Counted from the stretch's first letter, positions 38,601 to 47,007 are shown. The stretch is 64,000 nt of DNA from Planctomycetota bacterium (GCA_003671255.1 QWPF01000001.1:27479-91478); one strand, 5' to 3'. Numbers and translations: made by a program. Notes: generated by a model not told the origin, from the letters alone.

Positions 38601-40960
38601 TTCTTTTCAACACTTTCGCTGCTATTCATGCTGCGAGTTGCCTGGGTGACAAGATCGTCGATTTGATTTCTTGCACTTGAACCTAATTGCAATAATAACT
38701 GTTCAGGGCTGTCTTCATTGGGTTCAAAAATTACCCCTTGCTTCTGAGCTTCGATGCCTTTCAGACGGGCAGCCACCAAATTGCCTGCCAATTGAAGTTG
38801 GCGCCCCTCTTTCAACATTGCAACGGTTTTTTCTTTGTCATTTCCGGATGTTGGTGGGGTTGGTGGAAACACGGGTGCAACAACTACCGCTGGGGTTATT
38901 ACGGGTGCAACAACTGCCGCTGGAGTAATTACGGGTAATGGTATTTTGGTTTCTGCGGGCGTGCCCTTGTCTGCAACTGTTTTAGATCGATTTTTTTCGA
39001 TATCTTTTAATATTGTGTCAGGGGTATCGCCTGCCAAGTTTTCAGATTTTACTTTCATTCCCTTTACCATGAAGGCAAGGGCGGCAGCTTTCTCTGGGTT
39101 ACCTGATTCAAGCGCGGTTCGAGCTTCTTTTAGGCTTGCTTGTGCCTTGGCTACCATTGCAGAATCATTGGCGTTTGCTTCGTCTTTGGGCGTATCTTTC
39201 TTCGCAATAAATCCATTCTTTTTTGATTTAAGTTTCGATGTTTCGATTTCAGCAATTAATCGTTGTGGACGATCTGATGTTTCCCAAACATTGTAGGGGC
39301 CGTGTAATTGTTGAGCCCTATACGCAGCTTTGGTGGCAGCTTCATAATCTTCTTGTTCAAATAGCTTTCTAGCTTCTAACAATACTTTGACAGATTCTTC
39401 TTTGTCTTTTTTTGCTTGTAATTTTTCGATTTCTGCTCGAAGTTTATCGGGTGAATCTTCGAATAAGCCCCATTTTGCACCAGGGGATGCCTTGGCACGG
39501 AGCATCAACCGTGTTGCTTCATCAGTTTTGTTTTCTGCCAACATCTTACGACCCCTGCGCAATAATTGCCTTGGGTCTTCTGTTTCTTTGGGCGCATCCT
39601 TGCCCGCCTGTTCTGTCAATGTTTTTCCTTCTGAACGAAGGATGTCGCTTTGTACTCTTTCTGGATTATCTTCCCACCAATTTAAAGTTGGTTTCATGGC
39701 TTTGGCTTGTTCGTTCAGCTTTTTCGCTTTTTCTGGGTTCGCTTCTGTTAAAGCTTTTCTAGCATCACGAATAAGATTTCTTGCGGCTTCGGTGTTCCCT
39801 GTTGTTACTTCTGTTTTCACTGGTTGGGAGGTGCCGGTGGAATTTTCTACAGTTAATACTGGTATGGCCTTTGGAGCAATGACTGGTTCTGGTTTTACTG
39901 CATTTTCTTTTGCTAAAGTTTTTGCATCTAATGCTGCAGCATCTACTTTAAGTTTGGCTCCTTGAATTTCTTTTAAAAGCTTCGAAGGAGAGTCGCTTGA
40001 AAGTGCAAATGTCCAGGTGTATGCTGATTTTTCTGCTGCTTTTGCAAGTGATTCTGCTCGGTCAAATTCTTTATTCGTAAAGTTTTTACGAGCTAATCCC
40101 AGCAGCGCTTTTGGATCTTGCTTTAATTTTTGAAGTTCCAACTTTAACTTCGCTTGAGTATCAGCTTCGGGTACCCCTGTAGTTGCCACTTCAGTTATCA
40201 TACCTTCAGCTTTTTCTAAGTCTCCCAGCGCTATTGCAGCACGCACTTGATCTGCGGTTATGGTTGATGTTGCGGTTTCTGTAGTCTTGATTGATGGTAT
40301 TGATTTTGGTTCGGAAAGTTTAAGCTCTTTTGGTTCAATTTGGATGTCAGTTTTGGATGCTATATCCTTGCTCTTGATGCTTTCTTGAAGATTCTTGAAT
40401 CGAAGTTTATCTGATTCGCGAAGATATTGTTCATCAAAAGCAATCTTTTTGGTCAAATCATTTGCAGCAGAAAATTGTTTCTTTCCGACAAGATCTTCTG
40501 CAATATCCAAGGTTGAAGCTGATTCTATACGAGCTTTTAAAGCTTTTTTGTTGGCTTCATACAACTTCTTAAAATCATCTGCTTCCGCTGGAAGTAAATC
40601 TTTCTGACGAGATTCGACTTCCTTGAATGATTTGTCTGCTTCTTCGTAATCGCCCCTGCGGTGAGTTTCGATTGCTTGGTTTAATGCAATGCTTGCTTTA
40701 TTTGGAATTCCTGGGGTTAACCAAGTAATTGCTGGAAGGATGCTGGTAACAACTGCAGCTTGTGCAATTGTTGGGGCCCCTAGCATTATCAAACTTAAGG
40801 ATGAAGCAAAACCTAGTTTTGCAAACCATGAAGAGTTAGAAATGGTTTTCTCCTTGCGAGATATAGTCATGATTTTACCTAAATTAAGATTCGAACAAGA
40901 AGGTGCTTTTGAATCAGAAATCACATTGTTTACTAAGCTGTTTGATTCATTAATATTCAT
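35615..40960 (-). CDS. Giant (1781 aa) secretin-family outer membrane protein with a long repetitive helical N-terminal region
   Basis: C-terminal secretin domain (VAVEIRFISIAEDFYERIGVDFN, QAPKLTMFNGQNANI, VSVPDGGTVLMGGI, IPYLNRLF, LLIMVTPRII). N0/STN-like domain at residues ~1218-1300. N-terminal hydrophobic signal/anchor. Residues ~285-890 hold at least 7 related ~50-aa modules. Confidence 0.85.
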   Translation of the reverse strand: MNINESNSLVNNVISDSKAPSCSNLNLGKIMTISRKEKTISNSSWFAKLGFASSLSLIMLGAPTIAQAAVVTSILPAITWLTPGIPNKASIALNQAIETHRRGDYEEADKSFKEVESRQKDLLPAEADDFKKLYEANKKALKARIESASTLDIAEDLVGKKQFSAANDLTKKIAFDEQYLRESDKLRFKNLQESIKSKDIASKTDIQIEPKELKLSEPKSIPSIKTTETATSTITADQVRAAIALGDLEKAEGMITEVATTGVPEADTQAKLKLELQKLKQDPKALLGLARKNFTNKEFDRAESLAKAAEKSAYTWTFALSSDSPSKLLKEIQGAKLKVDAAALDAKTLAKENAVKPEPVIAPKAIPVLTVENSTGTSQPVKTEVTTGNTEAARNLIRDARKALTEANPEKAKKLNEQAKAMKPTLNWWEDNPERVQSDILRSEGKTLTEQAGKDAPKETEDPRQLLRRGRKMLAENKTDEATRLMLRAKASPGAKWGLFEDSPDKLRAEIEKLQAKKDKEESVKVLLEARKLFEQEDYEAATKAAYRAQQLHGPYNVWETSDRPQRLIAEIETSKLKSKKNGFIAKKDTPKDEANANDSAMVAKAQASLKEARTALESGNPEKAAALAFMVKGMKVKSENLAGDTPDTILKDIEKNRSKTVADKGTPAETKIPLPVITPAAVVAPVITPAVVVAPVFPPTPPTSGNDKEKTVAMLKEGRQLQLAGNLVAARLKGIEAQKQGVIFEPNEDSPEQLLLQLGSSARNQIDDLVTQATRSMNSSESVEKKTEAANQALESAINLSKSFGQDTASIESKKVQLGLVKTKVPGSAIIASESMAESNQGKALLEKSRLELRSGQLVAARKLAVEAYQGTYGVKEEAASVLRSIDIEDVNQKMLETRRTFDAALSAYNRKDYEQSKTMISTLTEKNLDKDRQQKLKEILMTAEMQPKEKSALSLVKGTTDIRTKPAPTNNVNATAKPKEEGEIDLLEATNQLREVKFGQMRQQGLDLQREAMEKFQAGQTEAGIEMLTEYLNELNSNDLDPGKMAFLRRPVESRLQHFKLMKAQKEMLAKDGGQKDKINAIGQKQLADDNKQKKVADLMKQFNQNFKEGKYLEAESYAMRAHELDPDNAMAAAGMSMAKTQRNINVAKKLKSEKETFFLDGLNATDKVGPALEMDKPLDTNPEMADRRNKRKNLTSITSTTRKSDKEKEIESKLSMPVNLNFNNILLKDAIEDLRSFYGINIVPDMPALEQEGISLDRPVSLKLEQVSLKSALNLLLHSAHLTYVIKDEVLQITTESHARGKLQTVTYQVADLVIPVENYVNPLLTNSLSPILGISANQQPANSTNATSPLMNSNSMTGGTPTGTPSGTATNGNVSTSKKNSQTMEEMLIKLLTSTISPQAWNNMGGPGTIEYFPLTMALVINQSPDIQEQVADLLTALRRLQDQEVAVEIRFISIAEDFYERIGVDFNLNIKTDKNTQRFEPQIQSGQYKPSGYINDPNFDRMIAGITPSGNFTSDLDIPIKQSSYPLAMPSFGGYPGLPGAGGLAMGLAFLSDIQVFLFMEAVQGDRRTNVMQAPKLTMFNGQNANIIVAENQFFVTGVNVSTLVNGNIAFAPTVQAFPFGVYMNVQPLISADRRTVRLNIPVTLTNLVPGPVSLFPVVVPIFPSSSALSTNPGDPVTFTQYIQQPVINTIAVQTTVSVPDGGTVLMGGIKRLSESRNEYGPPILSKIPYLNRLFRNTSYGREAESLLIMVTPRIIIQEEEEFYQTGYKAPPNVNP
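38871..38936 (-). repeat. 30-nt tandem direct repeat (2.2 copies) inside the secretin gene
   Basis: ACGGGTGCAACAACTACCGCTGGGGTTATT / ACGGGTGCAACAACTGCCGCTGGAGTAATT / ACGGGT. There are 3 mismatches between the two full copies. Encodes PVITPAAVVA-PVITPAVVVA. Confidence 0.9.
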
Positions 40961-41183
40961 AAGTCGATTCCTAATTCAATTTACATTTCTATCTGTTTTA
41001 TTCTTGCCCTGATTGGTTTTCACGATCCAATCATTGCGCAAAAATATTAACTAGTGTGCGGGACAATACCGATCCCTTTTTTAAGAATCAAGGTCAGGTT
41101 ATCTTTAATCAAAATAATATTTTTTTCAAAATAGTAAGATGGGGGAGAGGGTGGAAAGATGAGAGGTATGGTGAGGCTGTGAG

Positions 41184-44100
41184 CTAGAAAGGTTGATTTA
41201 CACCAAACCAGAATTGTGTTCCCGTGCCTTGATTTATGGCTTGTGCAGCATCAAACCGAAGCAGCATTTTTTCTACAAAACTCATGAACGATACATCGCA
41301 GCGAATTCCCACTCCTACTCCTTGCGCTATCGAACCAAGAGCTTGGCTATTCACATAAGTGTTACCTACATCGTAAAAGAGTGCCAAATAAGTGTTTTTT
41401 AGTGAAAACAGATGGTCGACAGCGTCAACAGAGGTGTTTCGGGAAACTGGGAAGCGCAGTTCCGCACTGCCCACCCAAACTGAATTTCCTTGCCTTTGTG
41501 CAAGGTCAAAGGCACGAAACATTTCACCGCCCCCCATGGTGAAAAATTGTCCATAGGAAGGAACCGAGGTGCCACCGAATGCTCGCACTGCTAATCGTGT
41601 GTCTGCAATCCAGTTGGCAGTTTTATTTAAGAGAGGTTTTTCACCGGGCAAATAATCAAGCAAGCCAGATAGATTAGGTAAGTAGTGGACGGTTGAAGCT
41701 TGTGCCCATACTTTCTGTACGGTTGCATATTCATTTAAAAGGGCTTGTCCAGCTTCATAAACCGCATCAAATTGGTAACCACCTTCGGGATCCCAATAAG
41801 GAGTTAGGTAATTAATGCGATAATGAAGGCCCCCCGTGGTCATGTGCTGAAAGCGTTGAGCACCTGGGGCAGTTTGAACTGGATCTGGAAGGAAGTTGTC
41901 GTGGAAAGAGCCAAATACATCGATAAACTTTGAAGGAAGAAGATAAAGACTTGGGTGTTCCATAAATACATATCTACCAAATACTGAAGCACGCGTCGCC
42001 TCATTGTTCCCTTCATAGAAAGTATAAAAACGCCTTTCTGCATTAAAACCGAATTGAAATGGAGAATCGGGCCAGTGGGTGAAAAGGCCATCAATACCCG
42101 CAATAAAATCACGATAATCGGTTCGATATGCTGTATAAAGGCCCCCTGAAAATTCCTGCGATCTATATGCGCCCGCTCGCAAACCTACCATGGTTGCCCT
42201 GCTATACCAGACATCATCGTAACTTTTCATGTAAAGCCATGGACCAAAATTAAAATTCCAGCGGTCGTAGGAATTGGTAAGGGATGTTTCATCAACAAAA
42301 GTGTACAAAGGCGTTAATCGAAATCTTGGGCTGTGATGCCAGTAGTTATTCGAAGGGTTTTTATCAACAATTACAGAATCTGGATCGATTGCAATTTGAT
42401 TTGGTATATCTGGTAAGTCCACGGTTACCCTGATTGTGTCCGGGGAAAGATTCTCAACCGTTGCAGGAGGGTCATCAATTCCATAATTTCCCCCAGCGGG
42501 TAAGATTGGTATTCGAATCGAATATTCTTCTGACTTTCCCATGGCAAACCCCAGATAGGTTTGTTCACTGTATTCCGCATTTTGCTTAATAATAATAGTG
42601 ACGGTGGTTTTTTGATTTTTGGGGTTTGCGGAAGAGCGAAGAGATAGGGGCAAAATTTTTCGAGCCAATGGGGCATCATTTATTTTCACGGATTCCAGAT
42701 TCCAATCAGTCAAACCTGAACCCTTAAGCCACTTTTCAAAGAAATCCTCCCACGATTTTCCAGTTTGTGCTTCGAGTTCTTTTTGGAAATCGCTTACATG
42801 CATCACCTTGTATTCGTATTTTTTTCGTACACTGCGCATTACATCAAGAAATGCTTGTTCGCCTATTCTAGATTCAATCATTTCAACAATCTTTGCACCC
42901 TTGTCGTAACACATACTAAATAGCGTTACCACATGCCCGAATTTGTCCATGGGTTGAAGTATGGAAGTATTATCCCCCCTGCCAACCGAACCATAAAAGC
43001 CGTTCATTCTGTAATCTTCACGCTTTATATTGGGCAGCCATTTTAACGAATCAGGGTATTCAAGCAGTTCGTTATTTTTGCCCCGGGTTTGATTCAAAAA
43101 ACGATGGCTGAAGTAGGTTGCGAGGGCTTCATCCATCCAAGTTTCCCGATAACCATCCGTACCCACAAGGTTGTACCACCATTGATGACAAACTTCATGG
43201 CTTATTAGGTATTCTGCGTAACGCTTAGCAAAGTGAGGCATGGAGAAAATGCGCTCATCAATCATTACCAGCGAACCACATTCGTTCCCGTTCCAGCCAA
43301 AATAGGATTCAACAATGGTGAATTCAGGGTATGGGTATGGGCCAAACCAATGGCTGTAAGTGACCATGCATTCACAGACAATTCTTAAGAATTCCTTGGC
43401 AAAAAACTCATGTTCTTCGAACGCTTGAATTTTTACTTTAAGTGGTGTTTCTCTGCCTGGGAGTTTTATTTCGGTTTCAAGAATCTTGAACCTTGTTGAG
43501 CAAAGAAAAGCGAAGTCCCTTGTACCTTTTGCTTCAAGTCGCACTTTCTTTCTTCCATCTGGTAACTTTTCTTCCCCAACAATTACCCCGGTGCTGGCAA
43601 TTTGCTGATCACTGTCTAATGTTGCGGTGACATCATAAATGCCTGCTTCATTATAAAAGGGTTGGTGCCAGGGTACGAAAGGCGTTGGTTTCCAACCTTG
43701 TTCAGTATCGTTAGGGGTTTCCGCATGCCAATCATGTTTGTGATAAGCGAAAATCGGTAGCCAGTTGGTGAGGAAAGTTACATTTTTCCAATGCCCCCAC
43801 CTGCCTTGCTTTTCAGGTAAGCGCATTCTAAATTCGAGGTCAAAGGTGACTTTTTCGCCTTTGGCTAATGGTTGGTCTAAGTCAAATTCTAATGTTGTTT
43901 TCGTAGGGCCTGTAAATTGATGCTTTAATTTCTGAACGCTTCCGTCTTTATTCAAAATCCCCACTGTTTTTATTTCGAGACAGGGAGTTTTTGCCCCGAG
44001 CGAATCTCCGGGATTTAGCCTTAATAGTTCAAGTGTTTTTGCCATTAATGCTATGTCGCTATCGGGCACAATATAATTCGAATGTGTTACGAATACGATT

Positions 44101-44288
44101 TTGCTTACCGGGCTATCCGAGCGATTGGTCCAAGTTGCTTTTTGGTGCACCTCAACCGTATGCTTGCTCGTATCAAGATTCATTTGAATTTGGTATGCAG
44201 GCAAACCCTCAGGCAACTCGCATTTTCCAACGGAGGGAAATGCAAGCAGTGTGCAAAAACCAAATATCAAGCAGGTCAATTTTCTCAA
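41184..44288 (-). CDS. Secreted M1-family zinc metallopeptidase fused to a C-terminal Omp85/BamA-like beta-barrel domain
   Basis: Signal peptide. HEVCH (43185-43199) plus E 19 residues after the second His (WMDEALA), the HExxH-x18-E spacing of M1 peptidases. C-terminal ~380 aa carry GGGEMFRAFD, SAELRFPV, YDVGNTY and end in FWFGVNQPF. Confidence 0.8.
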   Translation of the reverse strand: MRKLTCLIFGFCTLLAFPSVGKCELPEGLPAYQIQMNLDTSKHTVEVHQKATWTNRSDSPVSKIVFVTHSNYIVPDSDIALMAKTLELLRLNPGDSLGAKTPCLEIKTVGILNKDGSVQKLKHQFTGPTKTTLEFDLDQPLAKGEKVTFDLEFRMRLPEKQGRWGHWKNVTFLTNWLPIFAYHKHDWHAETPNDTEQGWKPTPFVPWHQPFYNEAGIYDVTATLDSDQQIASTGVIVGEEKLPDGRKKVRLEAKGTRDFAFLCSTRFKILETEIKLPGRETPLKVKIQAFEEHEFFAKEFLRIVCECMVTYSHWFGPYPYPEFTIVESYFGWNGNECGSLVMIDERIFSMPHFAKRYAEYLISHEVCHQWWYNLVGTDGYRETWMDEALATYFSHRFLNQTRGKNNELLEYPDSLKWLPNIKREDYRMNGFYGSVGRGDNTSILQPMDKFGHVVTLFSMCYDKGAKIVEMIESRIGEQAFLDVMRSVRKKYEYKVMHVSDFQKELEAQTGKSWEDFFEKWLKGSGLTDWNLESVKINDAPLARKILPLSLRSSANPKNQKTTVTIIIKQNAEYSEQTYLGFAMGKSEEYSIRIPILPAGGNYGIDDPPATVENLSPDTIRVTVDLPDIPNQIAIDPDSVIVDKNPSNNYWHHSPRFRLTPLYTFVDETSLTNSYDRWNFNFGPWLYMKSYDDVWYSRATMVGLRAGAYRSQEFSGGLYTAYRTDYRDFIAGIDGLFTHWPDSPFQFGFNAERRFYTFYEGNNEATRASVFGRYVFMEHPSLYLLPSKFIDVFGSFHDNFLPDPVQTAPGAQRFQHMTTGGLHYRINYLTPYWDPEGGYQFDAVYEAGQALLNEYATVQKVWAQASTVHYLPNLSGLLDYLPGEKPLLNKTANWIADTRLAVRAFGGTSVPSYGQFFTMGGGEMFRAFDLAQRQGNSVWVGSAELRFPVSRNTSVDAVDHLFSLKNTYLALFYDVGNTYVNSQALGSIAQGVGVGIRCDVSFMSFVEKMLLRFDAAQAINQGTGTQFWFGVNQPF

Positions 44289-44423
44289 AGCTATAGCAAC
44301 TCTTACTTTAAGATCCTCTAAATTTCGAACTTTGGGCCGAAACTAAAACTGACCCCATAGCGTTGGAAATGATTTTGTGCCATCTCAATCGAGAAAAAAT
44401 TGTGAGAGATGGGTTGAATGGGC

Positions 44424-44460
44424 AAATAAAAAAGGCTCGCTTCAAAATTGAAGCGAGCCT
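44424..44460 (-). terminator. Strong intrinsic terminator downstream of the DUF1549/DUF1553 gene
   Basis: 12-bp perfect stem AGGCTCGCTTCA / TGAAGCGAGCCT, 4-nt loop. On the minus strand it is followed by TTTTTTATTT. Confidence 0.8.
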
Positions 44461-44478
44461 TTTAAAGTAATAAATAAA

Positions 44479-47007
44479 TTACTGGTTGAACATGAATTCC
44501 TTCGTGTTCAGAAGTGCCCAGATAATGTTTTCGTAGGCTAGTTTCTTGTTCATCGTGTGTTTAGTCAGATGGCCAAGAGCAGATTCCTTTTGCTGCGGAG
44601 TAGGCTTTCTAGAGAAAGCCCAAAGGAAAATGTCATCAATTTTCTCTGCATCAGGGCGAGGATCTTTGGCTATGGCATCAGCCCGCCCATTTGGTCTCGC
44701 CAGCTTATTTTGGATTTCATCGGAATTAAGCAGATGCAAAGCTTGGGCAAGGTTTGCTTCGCTAACCCTTTCGCATTCGCAAGCGCTAATGCGTTGAGGT
44801 CTTCCAAAGACATCCAAGAAGTAAGAGGTGTAGCCTTCATCGGGAAGCATGATGGCGCGTTTTGGTGCAAGTTGGTCGGTAGGTAGGCCTCCAAAACCAG
44901 CTGGACTGTCAGTAATCAAACAAACAGCATCAAAAAGAACCTCGGCACTTAACCTTTTGGGGTAATAGCGTGCATAATTTTGCTTATCCTGTTTGTTAAA
45001 ATCATTAGGAACTGCGCTTAACTGATAAGTTCTTGAGTTAACAATGGACCGTATCAATTGCTTTAAACTAAAGCCATTTTTCACCAAATCGCCTGCAAGC
45101 GCATCAAGTAATTCTGGGTTACTTGGTGGGTTGGTGACACGCATATCATCCAAGGGGTCAACAATACCTCTGGAAAAGAAATGGGCCCAATAACGATTAG
45201 CAATTGCTTTGGGGAAAAACTGATTTTTCCCATCAACCATCCAATCCACGAGTTTTACACGGGGATCATCATCTTCTTCCATAACCATGGCTTTTTCACC
45301 CAAGGCTTTGTAATCTGCAACTTTGCCTGAGCGCTTGTTGGTAACGGAGCCAGTTTTTGTGGTGTAAACAACAAGTTTTTGATTGGCATTATTGTTAGAA
45401 GCCTGGCCTGGGATAGCCAATTTCTTTCGGCCTATCTTGCCAAAGAAGGAAGCCATGCCCCAATAATCATCTTGGCTCCATTTTTCGTATGGATGATGAT
45501 GGCATTGAGCGCAAGCCATTCTGAGGCCAAGAAAAACCTGTGATGTATCATCAACATATTGCTCAGGGTTAGTTAGGCTTTTGTACCAATAGGTTGGAGG
45601 CGTTTCAGATTCATCACCTGTTGCGGTAAGAATTTCGCGTGCGAACTGATCGTAGGGCATATCAGACTTGATTGCATCACGAATCCAGCCATGGAAAGCA
45701 AAAGTGCCTTTCATGTTTTCGGCTTGCCCGCCCCGCTTAACGCGAAGGATGTCGGCCCATTTAGCAGCGAAATAATAGGAGTATTCTGAGGAATTGAGCA
45801 TTTTTTCGACTAAATCTTTGCGCTTGTTGGGGCTCGTGCTGTCAACAAATGCTTTGACTTGAACTGGGGTAGGAATGGTTCCGGAAAGATCCAATGACAA
45901 TCTTCGAATAAACTGTTCATCGGAGCATAATTCGGAGGGGGCCAAACCTAGCTGCTTCCATTTTGCACTCGTGAATTTATCTACGAAAGTGTTGTTTTCG
46001 AAGGCAAATTCTCGTGGTTTTTCAGAAAGTGGTACCGTTGCCCTGAATATATTTACAAATTCTTGGTAGCGAACCATGATTGCGGCTTCGCCAGCCATTG
46101 AATTTGTCCGAACAAGCGCATTGCTGTCTACGGTTGCTATATCTTGTTCGTTTGATTCGTATTGGGCTCTGCGGGTAACATCTTCGGTTGTCCCATCGGT
46201 GTAATGGGCAGTAACGATGAATTGTTGTTTTGCATTTCTGGGCATAATCCTGTTTTCAGGATAGATGGTGATTTTGGTAACCACGGCATCCGTGGGATTG
46301 CCATAAGGTACGCCAGCTGCGACCCAACGACGAACCAAGCGGTATTCATCAGATCCGACTTCCATTTTCTTGCCGCCACCGTGAGGCACTATTCCGACTG
46401 ATTTGGTTAAAAGAAGGCTGTTGTCCGGCGATGCAGGAAATACTCTTCTGCCGCGGCTTTCTTGTACCAACGAGATAAAATCCAAATCCGGATCGAATCC
46501 GAGCAAAGATAACTTGAAATTATTCTGGCCACTTGCTTTTCCATGGCAACCACCTGAGTTGCAACTCAGTTTGGTGAAAATAGGCACAATTTGATTGGCA
46601 AAATTAATCGGTAGGTTGATGTCGCAATCAGATGTCTTAGCAACGACTTGAAGCTTTTTAGTGCCGAATGAAACATTGATTGACGAGCTACCGTTGGAAA
46701 GAGGGACAACTCTTCCCGAAGGGGTTACGCGTAATGTTTTAGAATCTGCTGCTTCGTATTGGCTTACGGAGGTAAGATCCAGAAGCATACCAGATTTAGT
46801 CGTACCCGTGATAACCATTTGAATGGCATCATCTAAGCCGCGCAATTTAACTTCAGTTGGGAAAACTTCGATTTTTGTAAATTCGGTTTCCGCAGGCAGC
46901 ACAAACTCTTCAACAGGTTTAGTGCTTACTTTATCATTTGCATGCGAATAACTCGAGCATGCTAAAACTACAGCAAAAAAACTAAAAGTCTTTATATTTA
47001 AAGACAT
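44479..47007 (-). CDS. Secreted DUF1549/DUF1553 (PSD1-type) protein with Ig-like N-terminal domains and cytochrome-like Cys motifs
   Basis: ATG at 47007 follows AGGAG. Signal peptide MSLNIKTFSFFAVVLACSSYSHA. CNSGGCHG and CAQCHHHPYEKW motifs. This is the typical planctomycete family architecture. Confidence 0.85.
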   Translation of the reverse strand: MSLNIKTFSFFAVVLACSSYSHANDKVSTKPVEEFVLPAETEFTKIEVFPTEVKLRGLDDAIQMVITGTTKSGMLLDLTSVSQYEAADSKTLRVTPSGRVVPLSNGSSSINVSFGTKKLQVVAKTSDCDINLPINFANQIVPIFTKLSCNSGGCHGKASGQNNFKLSLLGFDPDLDFISLVQESRGRRVFPASPDNSLLLTKSVGIVPHGGGKKMEVGSDEYRLVRRWVAAGVPYGNPTDAVVTKITIYPENRIMPRNAKQQFIVTAHYTDGTTEDVTRRAQYESNEQDIATVDSNALVRTNSMAGEAAIMVRYQEFVNIFRATVPLSEKPREFAFENNTFVDKFTSAKWKQLGLAPSELCSDEQFIRRLSLDLSGTIPTPVQVKAFVDSTSPNKRKDLVEKMLNSSEYSYYFAAKWADILRVKRGGQAENMKGTFAFHGWIRDAIKSDMPYDQFAREILTATGDESETPPTYWYKSLTNPEQYVDDTSQVFLGLRMACAQCHHHPYEKWSQDDYWGMASFFGKIGRKKLAIPGQASNNNANQKLVVYTTKTGSVTNKRSGKVADYKALGEKAMVMEEDDDPRVKLVDWMVDGKNQFFPKAIANRYWAHFFSRGIVDPLDDMRVTNPPSNPELLDALAGDLVKNGFSLKQLIRSIVNSRTYQLSAVPNDFNKQDKQNYARYYPKRLSAEVLFDAVCLITDSPAGFGGLPTDQLAPKRAIMLPDEGYTSYFLDVFGRPQRISACECERVSEANLAQALHLLNSDEIQNKLARPNGRADAIAKDPRPDAEKIDDIFLWAFSRKPTPQQKESALGHLTKHTMNKKLAYENIIWALLNTKEFMFNQ

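Noticed and set aside
38671-39965. Several long plus-strand ORFs (85-192 aa) inside the secretin gene
   Set aside because: They are antisense to a strongly supported 1781-aa CDS. Their products are low-complexity Ser/Phe/Leu/Ala-rich strings, as expected from the reverse complement of Lys/Glu/Ala-rich codons. They have no RBS or signal features.
41128-41176. 49-nt C-free purine-rich tract (AAGATGGGGGAGAGGGTGGAAAGATGAGAGGTATGGTGAGG) just downstream of the peptidase-Omp85 stop codon
   Set aside because: It is striking by eye, but it contains interspersed T, so it is not a clean triplex-forming mirror repeat. The only plus-strand ORF it could serve is 7 codons long. I have no functional model and cannot show significance without genome-wide statistics.
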